DNA of 64,000 bases from Vicugna vicugna (taxonomy: Eukaryota), in the NCBI GenBank assembly GCA_013265495.1, contig MU058636.1, positions 7,766,295 to 7,830,294 on the forward strand, given 5' to 3'. The translations under genes and the position numbers were made by a program. This document shows positions 62,875 through 64,000 of the stretch, piece by piece; position 1 is the first letter of the stretch, and every line of letters starts with the position of its first letter. Under the pieces are notes generated by a model that was not told where the DNA came from, made no database searches, and worked only from the letters and a program-made list of their open reading frames with translations.

Positions 62875-63299
62875 CTGGTGCACAAATGAAATCAAAATAA
62901 AAATGCAGATTGAGCTATCAGCTACTCAACACCAGTAATCCTAGCAGTGCAGAGCAGCAGGTGAGTGATGACAGAGGCCCAAAACTGGCAGAAGAGGAAA
63001 AACCAGCTGTATGTGTTTCATCAAACTTCCCAGGACTCTTGACAACAAATCAATTCACCCTAGCAAATATTTTCTCGAGGGCCTACTTTCTTGAAGTCAT
63101 TAAGAAATTCAAAAACATCCCGTCTTTAAGTAGAATTTAGGTTTTTACACTGCATGTAAAGACTGATGCTACATCATCATTGAATAGCATCTTGGTGGTA
63201 TAATATCTCCACCCAGTACATGAACAGTCTGTGGGTGTTTTAAACGGGGGTGCATTCATAGACAATTTGAGGTACAGTAAGGCCAACAGATCAGCTCTG

Positions 63300-63385
63300 A
63301 CTCACCCCGGGAAGGGCAGCCCCTCCAGGGTCAGCAAGGCCCCAGATGTCAAAGGCATCAGAACAGAAAACAAAAGACGTGGTTA
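63300..63385 (-). mobile_element. Possible ERV1 LTR fragment (MER31/MER67-like)
   Basis: Minus strand TTCTGATGCCTTTGACATCTGGGGCCTTGCTGACCCTGGAG resembles the start of these LTRs (from memory). Confidence 0.4.
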
Positions 63386-64000
63386 ATACAGCAGGTGCTC
63401 CAAACCCATAACCTCACTCATCTCTGTGCTACTTTGCAATTCAGTCCATTCCCAAGCACAAGCTCGATCTCTACATTTCAGCATGTGCACCATTCACTCA
63501 GCCCTCGGGGTCTCAGGGACGGCAACGCAAACAACTGAAGCTTTCTGTCGACTTGAGAAGCTGGATAAAAACAACCGCAGCTCTGGAACAAAAGTTACCT
63601 CTACATTTTCATTATAACACACTTGCTCTAGCGAGTGGAAGTTGCATAAAATAGAAGTATCAGTGACATAAACACTTGAGAAAGGCTCAGAAAACCACAA
63701 TTAAACAGAGCAGGAAAAGAGGGAAGAATTTTCACATTACTTATCATTTGCTTCCAGTATCAAAAGCAGCTACATCTTCTCATCACCAAATTAAAATAAA
63801 ACCATAAGCATTTCAAGACATATTAGAAATATTAACCTAAGGATTCACATGAGCTGTAGATCTATTAACTAGAGAGAACCTTAACTCCCAAGAAATGAGT
63901 TTGACAATTATCCTTTCTCCTCTGGCCCAAATGCATCTCACTCAGGTCACAGCCTAGTCCCAAGAGAGCTGGCAGAAGCCTTGCCTTGTAGGGAAGGGAG

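Noticed and set aside
63160..63192. miRNA-like hairpin (GATGCTA...TAGCATC)
   Set aside because: Stem is only 7 bp, far too short for a pre-miRNA.
63300..63310. Strong minus-strand splice donor GGG|GTGAGT
   Set aside because: No suitable upstream acceptor, and it lies at a probable LTR fragment.
1..64000. Short ORFs (60-160 aa) in the ORF track as protein-coding genes
   Set aside because: None resembles a cellular protein I recognise. The recognisable ones are broken L1 ORF2 or Tigger1 pieces, and the rest are the size expected by chance.

Overview
Mammalian genomic DNA, almost certainly camelid (alpaca/camel): it carries a tRNA-Ala-derived Vic-1-type SINE and cetartiodactyl-style L1 3' ends. 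No recognisable intact protein-coding exon or structural RNA gene is present, so the window reads as intronic or intergenic. It is dense in decayed mobile elements: L1 (a twin-priming inversion, nested copies, tiny tails with TSDs), L2, MIR, CR1/L3, MaLR/MLT LTRs, two ERV1-like solo LTRs, MER5-type MITEs and an internal Tigger1 fragment. Unexplained structure includes: (1) a 366-bp TSD-flanked mini-L1 in which the L1 5' end is joined to the 3' tail at what looks like a splice junction (30516-30881); (2) a hammerhead-ribozyme-like motif embedded in competing hairpins (11653-11708); (3) a ~270-bp inverted duplication with asymmetric CpG decay (51890-52330 / 54253-54524); (4) a complex A-b-A microduplication (15061-15246); (5) short dispersed duplications; (6) an orphan promoter-like CpG cluster near 24.6-25.3 kb; (7) three candidate minus-strand exons. 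Repeat family names and many boundaries are assigned by eye from remembered consensus sequences and need RepeatMasker/Dfam confirmation.
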